Of a stretch of DNA of 64,000 nt, positions 56,401-64,000 are shown one piece after another. The notes under the pieces are model-generated. The model did no database searches and was not told the origin of the DNA. It worked only from the letters and a program-made list of their open reading frames with translations. Position 1 is the stretch's first letter. Every line of letters starts with the position of its first letter. The DNA comes from a virus. The translations under genes and the position numbers were made by a program. The stretch lies in the IMG/VR virus record IMGVR_UViG_3300009104_000006, positions 1-64,000 of that record; one strand, given 5' to 3'.

Positions 56401-56880
56401 CAATCCATCGGCAGTAATACTCGCCGCTCTGAAATTGTAAGCGCCGATATCTATGTTCGCACTCGCTGTAATTCCAGCAGTTGTAAGTGCAGTAATTGTA
56501 GTAGCGGCGATTGTTCCTCCTTCGACTTTATCGCCACTAATCTGATTGTTAGCCAGAGTAAGAGTTCCGCCGGAAACATCGAGGGTTTTTCCAGAGCCAA
56601 CTGTAACATCCGATGTGGCTATCGTCGCACCATCTATCGTGCCAGCGTTAATGTCTACCTTAGTGATATTCACTTCTCCAGACCCTTTCGGGGTGATATT
56701 GATGTCGATATTGGTATCTGTGCCATCGGCTGCAAGTGTCGTGCCTGTAAGCGTAACACCGGCTGCAGCGACATTCGTATCGAATATCCCCGCTTTTACA
56801 GTATGGTCGCTCGCAAGCGTAACATCGCCGTCTTCTACTACCAATCCTTGCTTTACTCTGAAATCTTTTATCGTGCCCAT
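53404..56880 (-). CDS. Long tail fibre protein
   Basis: Thr/Gly/Ser-rich, GTIDxTxIG repeats, KDFRVKQGL N-terminus, YRAAKVL C-terminal domain. Confidence 0.8.
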   Translation of the reverse strand: MGTIKDFRVKQGLVVEDGDVTLASDHTVKAGIFDTNVAAAGVTLTGTTLAADGTDTNIDINITPKGSGEVNITKVDINAGTIDGATIATSDVTVGSGKTLDVSGGTLTLANNQISGDKVEGGTIAATTITALTTAGITASANIDIGAYNFRAASITADGLTSGRVPFASTAGLLTDDSDFTFATDTLTVTKLGAYEQAGAVDFSDEAMTNVNIDSGAIDDTPIGANGASTGAFTTFSATGTSTLTTVDINAGTIDNTDIGTATPRSGAFTTLSATGAVTTGTAGSGVDVTFHSATSGDHMLWDASEEQLKIIGTSGQVALDIDTGNFTVGAYGLTDGGAATIASMAGNWTNAGRTVADAGILTTVDINGGTVDGATIGANVASTGKFTNLTTTSWAKVNGTARETNSMFQVNGPALSGSSNDTTMNYAEARIHTDIANDDVAGVTYNGMGNALVLDQAENIHVGQGTVYTQGRSGTGNSWGVGRQANRAGGSGETQANIFHIGYIAKDYDNVASSVDNPLNVQNYVMTLDTGGTAKFKGDIILDDGGSLKEAGGDESFTFDASGNVTRIGRSTHTNGYVLKLSGGNAVWAQSSSGADGMGSGFVLEDGDGTEVTIDEDKEVKFIDGDGLEINWTDTSTGSDGDPYDLTFSLDIDGMTDIGAGLASGDLFIVDDGAGGTNRKTTVDRIATLFAGTGLSASSGEMSVNAAQTAATSSMTSSTSRTITTPLLSIESSTSTKPVVQIKNTTNDQTGSELRFVKDKGAAGAASDVAGAITFYSDDAAQNNQAFGKIQTKTTAATSGSETGEIGLSVATSTSGALAEVLVVTGGATAATSTVDVKGHLIVRGTTTTVNSTTIDVADTNITLGNGVGNDAAIDGGGITLESSGDDKTFIWVDSTDSWTSNNHMNLTSISTPAYKIGGTSVLNANTLGSGVTASSLTTVGALNSGSITSGFGTINTGSSNITTSGTLAGGAITGTSLAVSGTITGDTSLTLDSTTLTTAELGVLDGLTVGTVAASKALTVDASRDVATIRNLTSDGQVQGATLSADAVAIIDTARGSGASISGATSLMNIAKATYRAAKVLYHIKKDDSVDTDAGEILITYNGTNAFLTHYAEISTGSAVVGTWDATVSGSNIEVRFTPTANGAHTYSLCTTQLIT

Positions 56881-56892
56881 TTTCTATCCCTC

Positions 56893-59274
56893 TCATATTG
56901 TCATTGCTTGCCAAGAGATGCGCACGACTACCGCTTTACTGTTAGCCGTAGGCGTCACTTGTAATTCAACGTTCGCACCATCTATCGCTGCATCATAACT
57001 TCCCTGTAACGTTCCATGACTCGTTACAACACCGTATGTGGTGAGATATGCCTCTGTTGCATTGACCGAATCCGTTCCATTATGCGTTAGAACCATTTCA
57101 GCAGTTTCATATCTGGAATCGGTAGTATTCTGCACTTCAACAAGCACTTTCGCCGCTCTGAACTTCGTTTTATCAAAAAGAGTCACATCAATAGAAGTTG
57201 AAGTGCTTGAACTGCCTGTGCTATTCGTTGCATAGCCGAAACCAGTCTCCTTTACTTGGAATGTGGCCTCTGGGGAGGCTTGGAGTATACCGACTTTATC
57301 TCCGGCAGTATCTACTTTGAGCACATTCGTGTCGATTGTAACATCTCCGCTTCCAGTGATGGTGCCAGTAGTAAGTGCATCGAGATACCCAGTGGCGAAT
57401 CTGATGGTGTTAGAACCTAAGTTCAGCGCACTATCTGCACTTGGGTAAATATGCTGATTAAACGTCCAAGCATCATTGGCATCGACCCATGATATTGTCT
57501 TGTTAGTGCCACTCGATGATTCAAGAGTGATACCGCCTCCATCGACGGCAGCGTCGTTTCCTAAGCCATTACCGAGATTGATGTTTTTATCCTCCACGTC
57601 TATCGTAGCCACGTTCAATGTAGTAGTTGCTCCACTGACAATTAAATCACCAGTGACTGTGAGGTCATCGCTTACAGTAAGCGTTCCACTCGCTGGACCT
57701 ATTGACGTAATGCCCGTTTGGGCGGCATCAAGATTCAAAACACCACTGGATGCTGAAATGCCTGTGCCAGCCATCGCAGTAGCCAAATCAGCAATAGATT
57801 CTTTCTTGGAATTATTTGAGTCGTTAGCGTCAATGAATCCAATCGAATCGGCGGCGACATCCACAGCAGCAGCAGAAAGAGCATTCAAATTGGTGGCTAT
57901 GGAATCCCCATCAAGAAGCACCTTTGAGGTATTGAAGTATAACCTTGAATCATCAGAATCGCGCCATAGAGTAGTTGCTGAACCCGGATTAGTAGCCGTG
58001 CCAGTGCCAAATTGCACACCCGTAGGCGCACTAATGAGGCCTGCTGTTGATACTACGCCTACAGTAAGAGTGTTCGTTCCAGCATTGTAGGTGAAGGCAG
58101 ACTCGCCAGAGAATCCGCTTGACCCATCATTGTATTGAACATCACCAGTAGAGCCACCCGAAGCGCTCGAACTACTACTTGATGCGAATATCTTGACCCA
58201 TGCGCTGCCGTTGTATGCAAATACTGCTGCTGACGCAGGACCAACGGTGGAATTGATACCAGACGGGTCGAATGCTATATTGTGAGTAGCAGAAGCAGCG
58301 TTGTTTACTGTCACCGTATGACTTGGAGGAAATGTGCCACTTGGCGTTAGTGTGATGTTACCAGTAGGCGTAGCATGAAAGAAGTTTGGCCCATCGAATC
58401 TGAAAGTCTGCGAAGCATTACTCGTGCTAAGTTTGTCTGGACCGAGTCTGTATGACCTTCGCGCACCGCCTTGCTTACCACTGAAGTAAAGCACGTTATC
58501 CCCAGCATTACTGTAAGACATCCACAGAGCGCCTAACTCACTGTTAGTCAGTGCACCATTTTCATCTCCACCTCCGTGAATACCATCTAAGTCAGTGTGC
58601 ATGTCAACGCGATTTGAATCCGTAACAGTGGCTCCTACTGCACCTGTGCTTACGGGCGTCATGTAAATTGGTGATGGACGAAGGAAGGTCCGTCTGTCGA
58701 GTATCTCTCCTCCGGCTGTAGTCATATCCAAATCGCCTGTGCCGCTGGAATAGACACATTTCACTATTCCAAGAACCGTAGTTTGCTTAGACGAGAGTGA
58801 ATTATTGGGGTCAGAAAGGAATCCTTCTGGAGTTACAGGATAACCGCTCGATACAGGAGTGCCCATTTCAACATAGATATTCTTCTTCGTATTACTTCCA
58901 TCAGAGCAGACATAGACTACTAAAAGAACAGACTGACCACTTGTTAAAGCAGATTGGCTCCCTTCTATACGACTATCTTCAAGCGTCACTGTGTAATCAT
59001 CGGGCGCATTGCTATCGTAACCTCCTCCGAATGGCACTATGATGCCATCAATGACAGCATATCCACCCTTAATCGTCAATACATTGGTTGAAGCAGAAAT
59101 AGCGCCGGGCATATTCGCAGGTGTATTTCTATCACCATCTCCTACTGCCCCGTCTTCTAATGCTAAGATTCCATTACCATGAAGCCCCTCATAGAGATTA
59201 GTGAAAGATGGAGAAAGTATGTAGTCTCCATCTGTTAGGCCCGTTGTATGTCCAGATTTCGTATTATCGCCCAT
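56893..59274 (-). CDS. Proximal tail fibre protein
   Basis: GDVQYNDG..FSG repeat; shares DGGGITLESS and FRAAKVL modules with the 1158-aa fibre. Confidence 0.75.
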   Translation of the reverse strand: MGDNTKSGHTTGLTDGDYILSPSFTNLYEGLHGNGILALEDGAVGDGDRNTPANMPGAISASTNVLTIKGGYAVIDGIIVPFGGGYDSNAPDDYTVTLEDSRIEGSQSALTSGQSVLLVVYVCSDGSNTKKNIYVEMGTPVSSGYPVTPEGFLSDPNNSLSSKQTTVLGIVKCVYSSGTGDLDMTTAGGEILDRRTFLRPSPIYMTPVSTGAVGATVTDSNRVDMHTDLDGIHGGGDENGALTNSELGALWMSYSNAGDNVLYFSGKQGGARRSYRLGPDKLSTSNASQTFRFDGPNFFHATPTGNITLTPSGTFPPSHTVTVNNAASATHNIAFDPSGINSTVGPASAAVFAYNGSAWVKIFASSSSSSASGGSTGDVQYNDGSSGFSGESAFTYNAGTNTLTVGVVSTAGLISAPTGVQFGTGTATNPGSATTLWRDSDDSRLYFNTSKVLLDGDSIATNLNALSAAAVDVAADSIGFIDANDSNNSKKESIADLATAMAGTGISASSGVLNLDAAQTGITSIGPASGTLTVSDDLTVTGDLIVSGATTTLNVATIDVEDKNINLGNGLGNDAAVDGGGITLESSSGTNKTISWVDANDAWTFNQHIYPSADSALNLGSNTIRFATGYLDALTTGTITGSGDVTIDTNVLKVDTAGDKVGILQASPEATFQVKETGFGYATNSTGSSSTSTSIDVTLFDKTKFRAAKVLVEVQNTTDSRYETAEMVLTHNGTDSVNATEAYLTTYGVVTSHGTLQGSYDAAIDGANVELQVTPTANSKAVVVRISWQAMTI

Positions 59275-59278
59275 TTAC

Positions 59279-59623
59279 TCACTTCACTTCTACTATCAAT
59301 TGAATCTTCATTTCGTTATTTGCACTTTTCACTATTGGCCTGAAAACATGCCTTGTGATGGGTGTGAAACCGCTCGCTCCGCGTAACTGGACATAGACTT
59401 CCTTCAAAGTCTCATCGAATGTATTTGCTATACCGAGTGTTCCTTCGACAAGAAGCGTCGCATTATCAATCACTTTTACCGTTGGAGTGATGGTAACGGC
59501 AGGACGACCTGCAGAGCCATCACCAGATGTTGCTGGAGTGCCATCGAATCCTATCACCATCTCATTGATGTTCGATGCAATCGTATCAATCATCAATCTC
59601 TTCAAATGGTCGTTTGCTGGCAT
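59279..59623 (-). CDS. Small virion (tail) protein
   Basis: 114 aa within the structural operon. Confidence 0.6.
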   Translation of the reverse strand: MPANDHLKRLMIDTIASNINEMVIGFDGTPATSGDGSAGRPAVTITPTVKVIDNATLLVEGTLGIANTFDETLKEVYVQLRGASGFTPITRHVFRPIVKSANNEMKIQLIVEVK

Positions 59624-61035
59624 TAACTTTCACCTCGCATGATTACTGCGGCACTCTTGTTCAAGCCCATAGGCTTGTAGTTTTTACCGATTCTCCCTCT
59701 TTCGGCATTTTTTCCAATTATAAGCCCAGAAGACGACACTTGTCTTAATGTGATTATTGGTGTTATGAAAACATCCAATGAATCAAAGAAGGAAAGATTC
59801 TCATCCACAATCTGACTACTTTTATCTGGATTTTCAATTGAACCTCTTGAGATGCTACCGCTTGTGATATTCTGTAATACGCCCTCTATACCAGTATCTA
59901 ACGTCAAGAATGTAAAATCACTCGTCTTATTACTCAACTTGTGTTTTGATTCCATTACTACATACATATTATTGCCATATTCAACTACACTACCCGGTCT
60001 CAAATCCCAAGCATCTGGATGTCCATTTGTTACAATAGCCCCTCTCATAATCGAGTTTGCTTTCAATATCTGTCTTGCGACCTTCTTTGCACTCTGCACG
60101 CTGCTTATCGACGCATCATATATTGGTGTGGTGTTTTCGAGAATGTCTGTATCGAACTTACCCTGCTGTCTTGCACCATCGTCCATAGTAAGTATCAATT
60201 TCTCATTCAGAGCAATGGCCTCGCCCTGCACAGTAATTCGATTCTCTGTATTTTCCACTGGGCTTCTATCTTCACTCCCAGTTCTAAATTGTGGATTTAG
60301 TTGTTTAATTCCGCTTGAAAAGTTGAATGGCACGTATTGTAGTGCACCATGGCGATTGAATATCGAAATCCTGTTATCATGACGAGAGATGAATCTTAAT
60401 GCAGATAGCAGATTAACACCATTGAAATCTGCAGCAAGATACGTATTGCTTACCTTTCTTCTATTTTTACCCAAGTTCGCTATTGTGGGTGATTCGCCTA
60501 TCGTCACAGCAGTGATGGTGCCAGTGATAGAATTACCCAGTTTCATTGCCAAATCCGTTGTTCTCAACCCTACATCGACAATTTGACCAAAACGCAGTGC
60601 TTCTTCATCGAACCCTAAATCCTTCAATGTGCTACCTTTCAGATTCCTCACATTCACCCTTAATCCAGAAGTCGTGCTTTCATTACTACCTCCTATGATT
60701 CTATTCAACGGCTTATTTACACCATACATCAGAGATGTAGGCGCGTCTTTTCCTTTTCCTGTCCAGATAGTGCCTTTCAATGAGTGCCCATCTGTTTCGT
60801 TATGGGTGATATGCATACCAGATTCTGATTCTACAAATGTATATGTCTTTTCTGTCGCTAAATCGTAGTTCTGAGCATTCCTTGTCTCAATTGTAATTTT
60901 GCTCTTATTGCTACTTTGAGGTTGAATCTTAGCATAATGAACTGCATTATCTACGAATACAGGCTGTCTAACATCGTTCATTACTGAAGTGAGAGTGGTA
61001 TCGAAACGACCAACAGAAGATTGTATTAGTGTCAT
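59623..61035 (-). CDS. Putative tail/baseplate hub-like protein
   Basis: NRITVQGE, AKKVARQIL and DLRPGSVV resemble hub/tip proteins; operon context. Confidence 0.5.
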   Translation of the reverse strand: MTLIQSSVGRFDTTLTSVMNDVRQPVFVDNAVHYAKIQPQSSNKSKITIETRNAQNYDLATEKTYTFVESESGMHITHNETDGHSLKGTIWTGKGKDAPTSLMYGVNKPLNRIIGGSNESTTSGLRVNVRNLKGSTLKDLGFDEEALRFGQIVDVGLRTTDLAMKLGNSITGTITAVTIGESPTIANLGKNRRKVSNTYLAADFNGVNLLSALRFISRHDNRISIFNRHGALQYVPFNFSSGIKQLNPQFRTGSEDRSPVENTENRITVQGEAIALNEKLILTMDDGARQQGKFDTDILENTTPIYDASISSVQSAKKVARQILKANSIMRGAIVTNGHPDAWDLRPGSVVEYGNNMYVVMESKHKLSNKTSDFTFLTLDTGIEGVLQNITSGSISRGSIENPDKSSQIVDENLSFFDSLDVFITPIITLRQVSSSGLIIGKNAERGRIGKNYKPMGLNKSAAVIMRGES

Positions 61036-64000
61036 GCTCCATCCCCACTATGGTCTGTAATGCTAAATGAAATGTCCCCTTTGTGCCCCTTAGAATGCAA
61101 CGCTTGACTAAATCTTGGCTTAACAGAGAAGTCCATTCGCTTCATTTCGTCATCTGTATCTTCTTCTTGCCGCCTTCTTGGAGCATCGGAACGATGATGT
61201 TGTAGCGTATTATCAGAAATGACTAATCTACTCACTGTCGAGTTTAGACTCTCCTTGTCGAATCCAGAAACTTCTGTTCCGGGTAGTTTAGGACCGAAAC
61301 TCGTTGGTGCCGTGAAAGCCCCTGTGGGGTCGAATACGAATACTGGCAAGTAAGGCCCATTACCGTCCGGTAAACTTCTTCCAGATGCCAGATTCCCAGT
61401 GGCTGCTCTTCCATTACTAACTTCATACGTAAAGAGACCATATTTTCCACCAGATGATGCAAAGAGGTAATTCTGGTCGTATTGAGGAGTGCCAGTAACA
61501 ATTGAATTATGAATGCGATATACCTCTGTATGTTTAGAGTCTAAGGTTCTAATTGGTCGAAGTAAGAACTTTACATTCTTGTCTTTTTCGTTGTTTCTCA
61601 CTGATTTTGAGGTGTAGTCATCTGCATCTTGATATGGATTGCTCGTATCATTACTTCCCGTCAATGAAGCCACTCCCCAATTCGTATCATCAAACAATCC
61701 AGCATAGTTGCTTGCATCTAACACATAGGAACCGCCATAGGGTCTGAATGCGTTAGTGTGAGAATAGCGATGCACTGCACTTACAGGAGAGCCATTATTC
61801 TGTCTTCCAAATGCGCCACCTGTGTAATCGACATCGGCTATCGTATTAGTTCCAACTTGGAATCCACCATGAAGAACGACGCGCTGACCTACATTTCTGT
61901 CTGTATGAAGACTATGTGCCTCAGTATTGATAGCAATGTGATTTTGCTCTATTCCTTCAGTCACTTCAGCGTCTATTCCAATTCTGGGACTTGTTCTTGA
62001 TATTGCATCCTTATGAGGAGAAACGCCTACAAACTCTTCGATTCTATCACTTGCGACAGCCTCTGGCTTCAGTAACCCATTACTGTCTATCGCTAATTTA
62101 GCACTAATTCCCCTCTTGACTTCATCGGCTTGCAGTATAGCGTTACGGGGACGTAGCAAACCATCTCCAAAGAGCGGTTCGGCAGTATTATGACTCAAGA
62201 CTACACCCGTTTTGTGGATAGGGGCCGAAAGTTCAGTAAGCACATCCTCATTAAATCGCGTTGGATAACGCACGCCACGACCATTACCCATATCTCCCAC
62301 ACGCATAGAGTGAGTTGGCGCAAATACATCTACCAAATCATGGCCTGTATTAGTTGCATGTAAGTTCACATCGTTGTTTGTGCCACCAAATCTCGGTATC
62401 GTAGTCGTCACACTCACATTGCCGTTAGATAGATTAGCCACCCCCTTCATATTGAAAATTGGTTTAGCATTATTCCAAATTCTCCGATATGGGCTTCTGC
62501 TATTCCTTCTATCGTTCTCATAAGCGTCACCACAGTCCCATGCCGGTCTAATGCCGAATCCACGCACTGGAGCACGCCTTACATCCTCTCCTCGCTCGTT
62601 GCCCCACCAATCCACCAGATAATACTGAGAGGCCTCAGATAGGCTTGTTTTGTCCATAGCCACTTCATCTCCCCACCAGTCTCTTTGAGTTCCTGCGTTA
62701 TTGGTTAGTGTTCTCACAGGAGTCCCAAAGGGTCTGGTCATCCTTCTACCGTCGCTATAACGCACTTGCCAGTCCGCTTGGTCTTGAGCCAACATTCCTG
62801 TGAAATTGGTCTGTCTTTCCATAATTCCAACATATGTGGTAGGATGAGTCGCATTGGAAAGTCCCGAACCGCCTGCATAAGTCCATGTCGCAGTTTCAGT
62901 CTGAACCAGTGGCCCAGCGTCATAATCAAGAGTTTTGATGCCAGACCCGGTTGGATTTGTTTCATAGACTGCTCTGGTCGGACTGAGACCGTATGTAGGC
63001 CTGTTACAGGCTTGACGTATAGCGTTACGGTAGCCATACGGTTTTCTTCGAGAAGAGCCCATAGCGGCCGTTGTGATGCCCGAAGAGACAGAATAACTGC
63101 CGTCATCATCGCTATCTACCCATTCTCGAAGGTCGCTGGAAGTGAAATTGGGATTTCCATCGCTGTGATTGTGCACATTCCAAGATGCGCTTGCAAAACT
63201 GAAAAGGTCAAGTTTGCTGACATGAGGGCCGCCACGACTTCCACAAGGCCAAAAACCACTCAACATTACATCGGTTCCTCCCGCTTGATGGTCAGTGCCA
63301 GTTGTAGCGGCAACTGTTTCTCCTGTCTTCGATATGTTAGGTGTCATAATTAGGAAGTCAAATGGTCCGGCACTCATAGCATGTGTAAAATCATGATAAT
63401 GTATAGTCTCAAAGTGTTCTGGTATTGAATTATACGATGCTTTATCCACAGCAACACTTCCCCAAGTAGTTCGACTATCTGAGAAATACGTATTTGGCCT
63501 TCCTAAATTAGGATGCCACATACATAGGAAAGCATCTGGTGTATAAGATGAATATGTATCACGATTACCATTCACTATATCTGGTAGTATATTCGCAAAT
63601 ACACTCTTCTTTCTATCTGTAAGTAGTTTACTTGCAGATAATGTATTGTATGAATGTGATAATCGTAGTTCTGCACCATCGTATATATTGTCCCAGAAAT
63701 TATCTGAACCCGATTTAGCAGCCAAATAGATGGTATTCGGCACATTCACATTTGCAGCATCATTACCGCTTCTCTTTGTATACGGTTTAGAATAGATATC
63801 TCCATTCTTTGCCGTGTATTCAATCTCCTGAGCGTAATGAGAGGTTAATGGGAATAGATTTGCATTGTCTACGGTAATTGTCCCACCTGTATTGAAGGAT
63901 TCAACAATGCATTTTGGATTAAGGCTGACAATTTGTCGTAGTTTAGAGTATATGTCAAGGTATGTTGAGGTATATCCATTGATAGTTTGTTGATTGCCTA
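61032..64000 (-). CDS. Large virion protein, N-terminus beyond the window
   Basis: Reading frame stays open from 63749 to the window edge (checked by manual translation). Confidence 0.75.
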   Translation of the reverse strand, partial: GNQQTINGYTSTYLDIYSKLRQIVSLNPKCIVESFNTGGTITVDNANLFPLTSHYAQEIEYTAKNGDIYSKPYTKRSGNDAANVNVPNTIYLAAKSGSDNFWDNIYDGAELRLSHSYNTLSASKLLTDRKKSVFANILPDIVNGNRDTYSSYTPDAFLCMWHPNLGRPNTYFSDSRTTWGSVAVDKASYNSIPEHFETIHYHDFTHAMSAGPFDFLIMTPNISKTGETVAATTGTDHQAGGTDVMLSGFWPCGSRGGPHVSKLDLFSFASASWNVHNHSDGNPNFTSSDLREWVDSDDDGSYSVSSGITTAAMGSSRRKPYGYRNAIRQACNRPTYGLSPTRAVYETNPTGSGIKTLDYDAGPLVQTETATWTYAGGSGLSNATHPTTYVGIMERQTNFTGMLAQDQADWQVRYSDGRRMTRPFGTPVRTLTNNAGTQRDWWGDEVAMDKTSLSEASQYYLVDWWGNERGEDVRRAPVRGFGIRPAWDCGDAYENDRRNSRSPYRRIWNNAKPIFNMKGVANLSNGNVSVTTTIPRFGGTNNDVNLHATNTGHDLVDVFAPTHSMRVGDMGNGRGVRYPTRFNEDVLTELSAPIHKTGVVLSHNTAEPLFGDGLLRPRNAILQADEVKRGISAKLAIDSNGLLKPEAVASDRIEEFVGVSPHKDAISRTSPRIGIDAEVTEGIEQNHIAINTEAHSLHTDRNVGQRVVLHGGFQVGTNTIADVDYTGGAFGRQNNGSPVSAVHRYSHTNAFRPYGGSYVLDASNYAGLFDDTNWGVASLTGSNDTSNPYQDADDYTSKSVRNNEKDKNVKFLLRPIRTLDSKHTEVYRIHNSIVTGTPQYDQNYLFASSGGKYGLFTYEVSNGRAATGNLASGRSLPDGNGPYLPVFVFDPTGAFTAPTSFGPKLPGTEVSGFDKESLNSTVSRLVISDNTLQHHRSDAPRRRQEEDTDDEMKRMDFSVKPRFSQALHSKGHKGDISFSITDHSGDGA

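Noticed and set aside
1-64000. Cellular chromosome, tRNA or rRNA genes
   Set aside because: No ribosomal or housekeeping operons; tail fibres and dense small ORFs indicate a virus; no cloverleaf with a TTCRA T-loop was found by eye in intergenic regions

Overview
Segment of a tailed archaeal dsDNA virus genome, most consistent with a Magrovirus-type virus of Marine Group II Euryarchaeota (Poseidoniales). This rests on an archaeal-type replisome (PolB, PCNA-like clamp, RFC-like clamp loader, fused primase, MCM-like helicase, OB-fold SSB, ERCC4 and Cas4-like nucleases), a group II chaperonin and tail-fibre genes. Layout: (1) 1-5.2 kb, minus strand: a tandem array of six unrelated enzyme domains (2 ADP-ribosyltransferase-like, 2 ParB/Srx-like, HExxH peptidase, GNAT) that all begin with the same ~12-aa leader M-x-P-[FIL]-x-x-A-[WF]-x-x-L-K, followed by an HMG-CoA lyase. 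A seventh leader-bearing gene, a kinase, lies at 30 kb. (2) 5.3-7.5 kb: a strand-switch control region with opposed short-repeat arrays flanking one basic protein, a highly structured ~230-nt RNA and a 30-bp inverted-repeat pair that recurs upstream of the MCM-like gene. (3) 7.5-49.4 kb, plus strand: early and replication genes punctuated by an identical 23-bp motif TTGGTATTTAAACGAAGATAGTA (nine copies in the window, the first at 5.8 kb). (4) 49.5-64 kb, minus strand: virion and tail-fibre genes. All calls come from reading motifs by eye; no database searches or folding programs were run.
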